A stretch of DNA of 26,075 nt. Origin: Candidatus Hydrogenedentota bacterium (GTDB taxonomy: Bacteria > Hydrogenedentota > Hydrogenedentia > Hydrogenedentales > CAITNO01). Under the pieces are notes generated by a model that saw nothing but the letters and a program-made list of their open reading frames with translations, was not told the origin of the DNA and ran no database searches. This document shows positions 25,710-26,075 of this stretch, in pieces (positions within the stretch are counted from its first letter, which is position 1; each line of letters opens with the position of its first letter). Location of the stretch: NCBI GenBank assembly GCA_903902895.1, contig CAIUWO010000484.1:1-26075 (forward strand). The letters run 5' to 3'. The position numbers and the translations under genes are program-made.

Positions 25710-26075
25710 TCACCGGCTGGGGGGGGTTGAACAAGACTGGCCCAAGCAAGGGCAGTGTTGGACGGGGCACGCTTCCCGCAATTCACGGACCTGCGCATAC
25801 AGCCGGTCTAGCATTTCGGCGCGCGCGACAAAAACCCGCTGGGCCTCGCCGATGCGCTTGGTCTCCACAGCGCGCCTGGCGCTGTCGCAAGTCTCAAGAG
25901 TTTCGCGCTGCGCCGCCGCCATCTCGGCATGCGCGGTGAGCAGGCCCTCGATGCCGGCCCTTATCTCTTCGACGCGCGCACACACTCCCGCGAGAGACCC
26001 CTTGCGCGCGCGGCGCCGCTTCCAGGCCGGGGCGTCCGCGTTTTGGACGGACCCGCACTGCGCCTTCACAAGAGC
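25710..26075 (-). CDS. partial paralog of the 24082..24885 repeat protein; N-terminus beyond the window edge
   Basis: VCARVEEIRAGIEGLLTAHAEMAAAQRETLETCDSARRAVETKRIGEAQRVF aligns with VCGRVEELKAEVDVLRVVFQAAHDEMAEAQRETFAECDSSRRDEEARRIEEASQDF. DNA similarity is visible at 25840-25960 versus 24330-24460. The C-terminus differs (ends CPVQHCPCLGQSCSTPPSR), so it is either diverged or frameshifted. Confidence 0.45.
   Translation of the reverse strand, partial: ALVKAQCGSVQNADAPAWKRRRARKGSLAGVCARVEEIRAGIEGLLTAHAEMAAAQRETLETCDSARRAVETKRIGEAQRVFVARAEMLDRLYAQVRELREACPVQHCPCLGQSCSTPPSR

Noticed and set aside
1-26075. Looked for CRISPR arrays, IS/transposase or integrase genes, rRNA and tRNA genes.
   Set aside because: There are no regularly spaced short repeats and no transposase, recombinase or Cas-like ORFs. 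No stretch has rRNA/tRNA secondary-structure hallmarks. The only repeats are the coding PASTA tandem repeats and the two regulatory elements described.

Overview
GC-rich bacterial chromosomal segment in which nearly every gene is on the minus strand. The core is a gas-vesicle (gvp) locus in two tightly packed units. (i) A structural operon runs on the minus strand from ~25133 down to 17947: gvpA, a repeat-containing helical protein at the GvpC position, gvpN, two small unknown ORFs, gvpF, gvpG, a fused tandem ArsA/Get3-like ATPase, a GvpA/J-family gene, gvpK and a GvpJ-like gene. It has a clear sigma54 -24/-12 promoter upstream of gvpA. (ii) A second operon runs from 17460 down to 11745 and encodes an NtrC-type sigma54 activator, an Hsp20, a Cdc48/VCP-like double AAA+ ATPase and two GvpF/L paralogs, followed by a cytoplasmic PAS hybrid histidine kinase (8914..11421). 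A ~60-bp conserved palindromic element occurs twice, each time ~105 bp upstream of a sigma54 promoter (before gvpA and before an RlpA-like DPBB gene); I read it as a candidate enhancer (UAS) for the cluster-encoded activator. The left 8.5 kb holds the 3' part of a PASTA-repeat/FGE-sulfatase-domain protein, an AsmA-family envelope protein, a glycine-zipper lipoprotein, a membrane-anchored GyrI-like protein and the RlpA-like gene. A second copy of the GvpC-position gene runs off the right edge. I saw no rRNA, tRNA, CRISPR or mobile elements. ORF limits come from the supplied track. Internal start choices and motif coordinates were read by eye and may be off by 1-2 nt.
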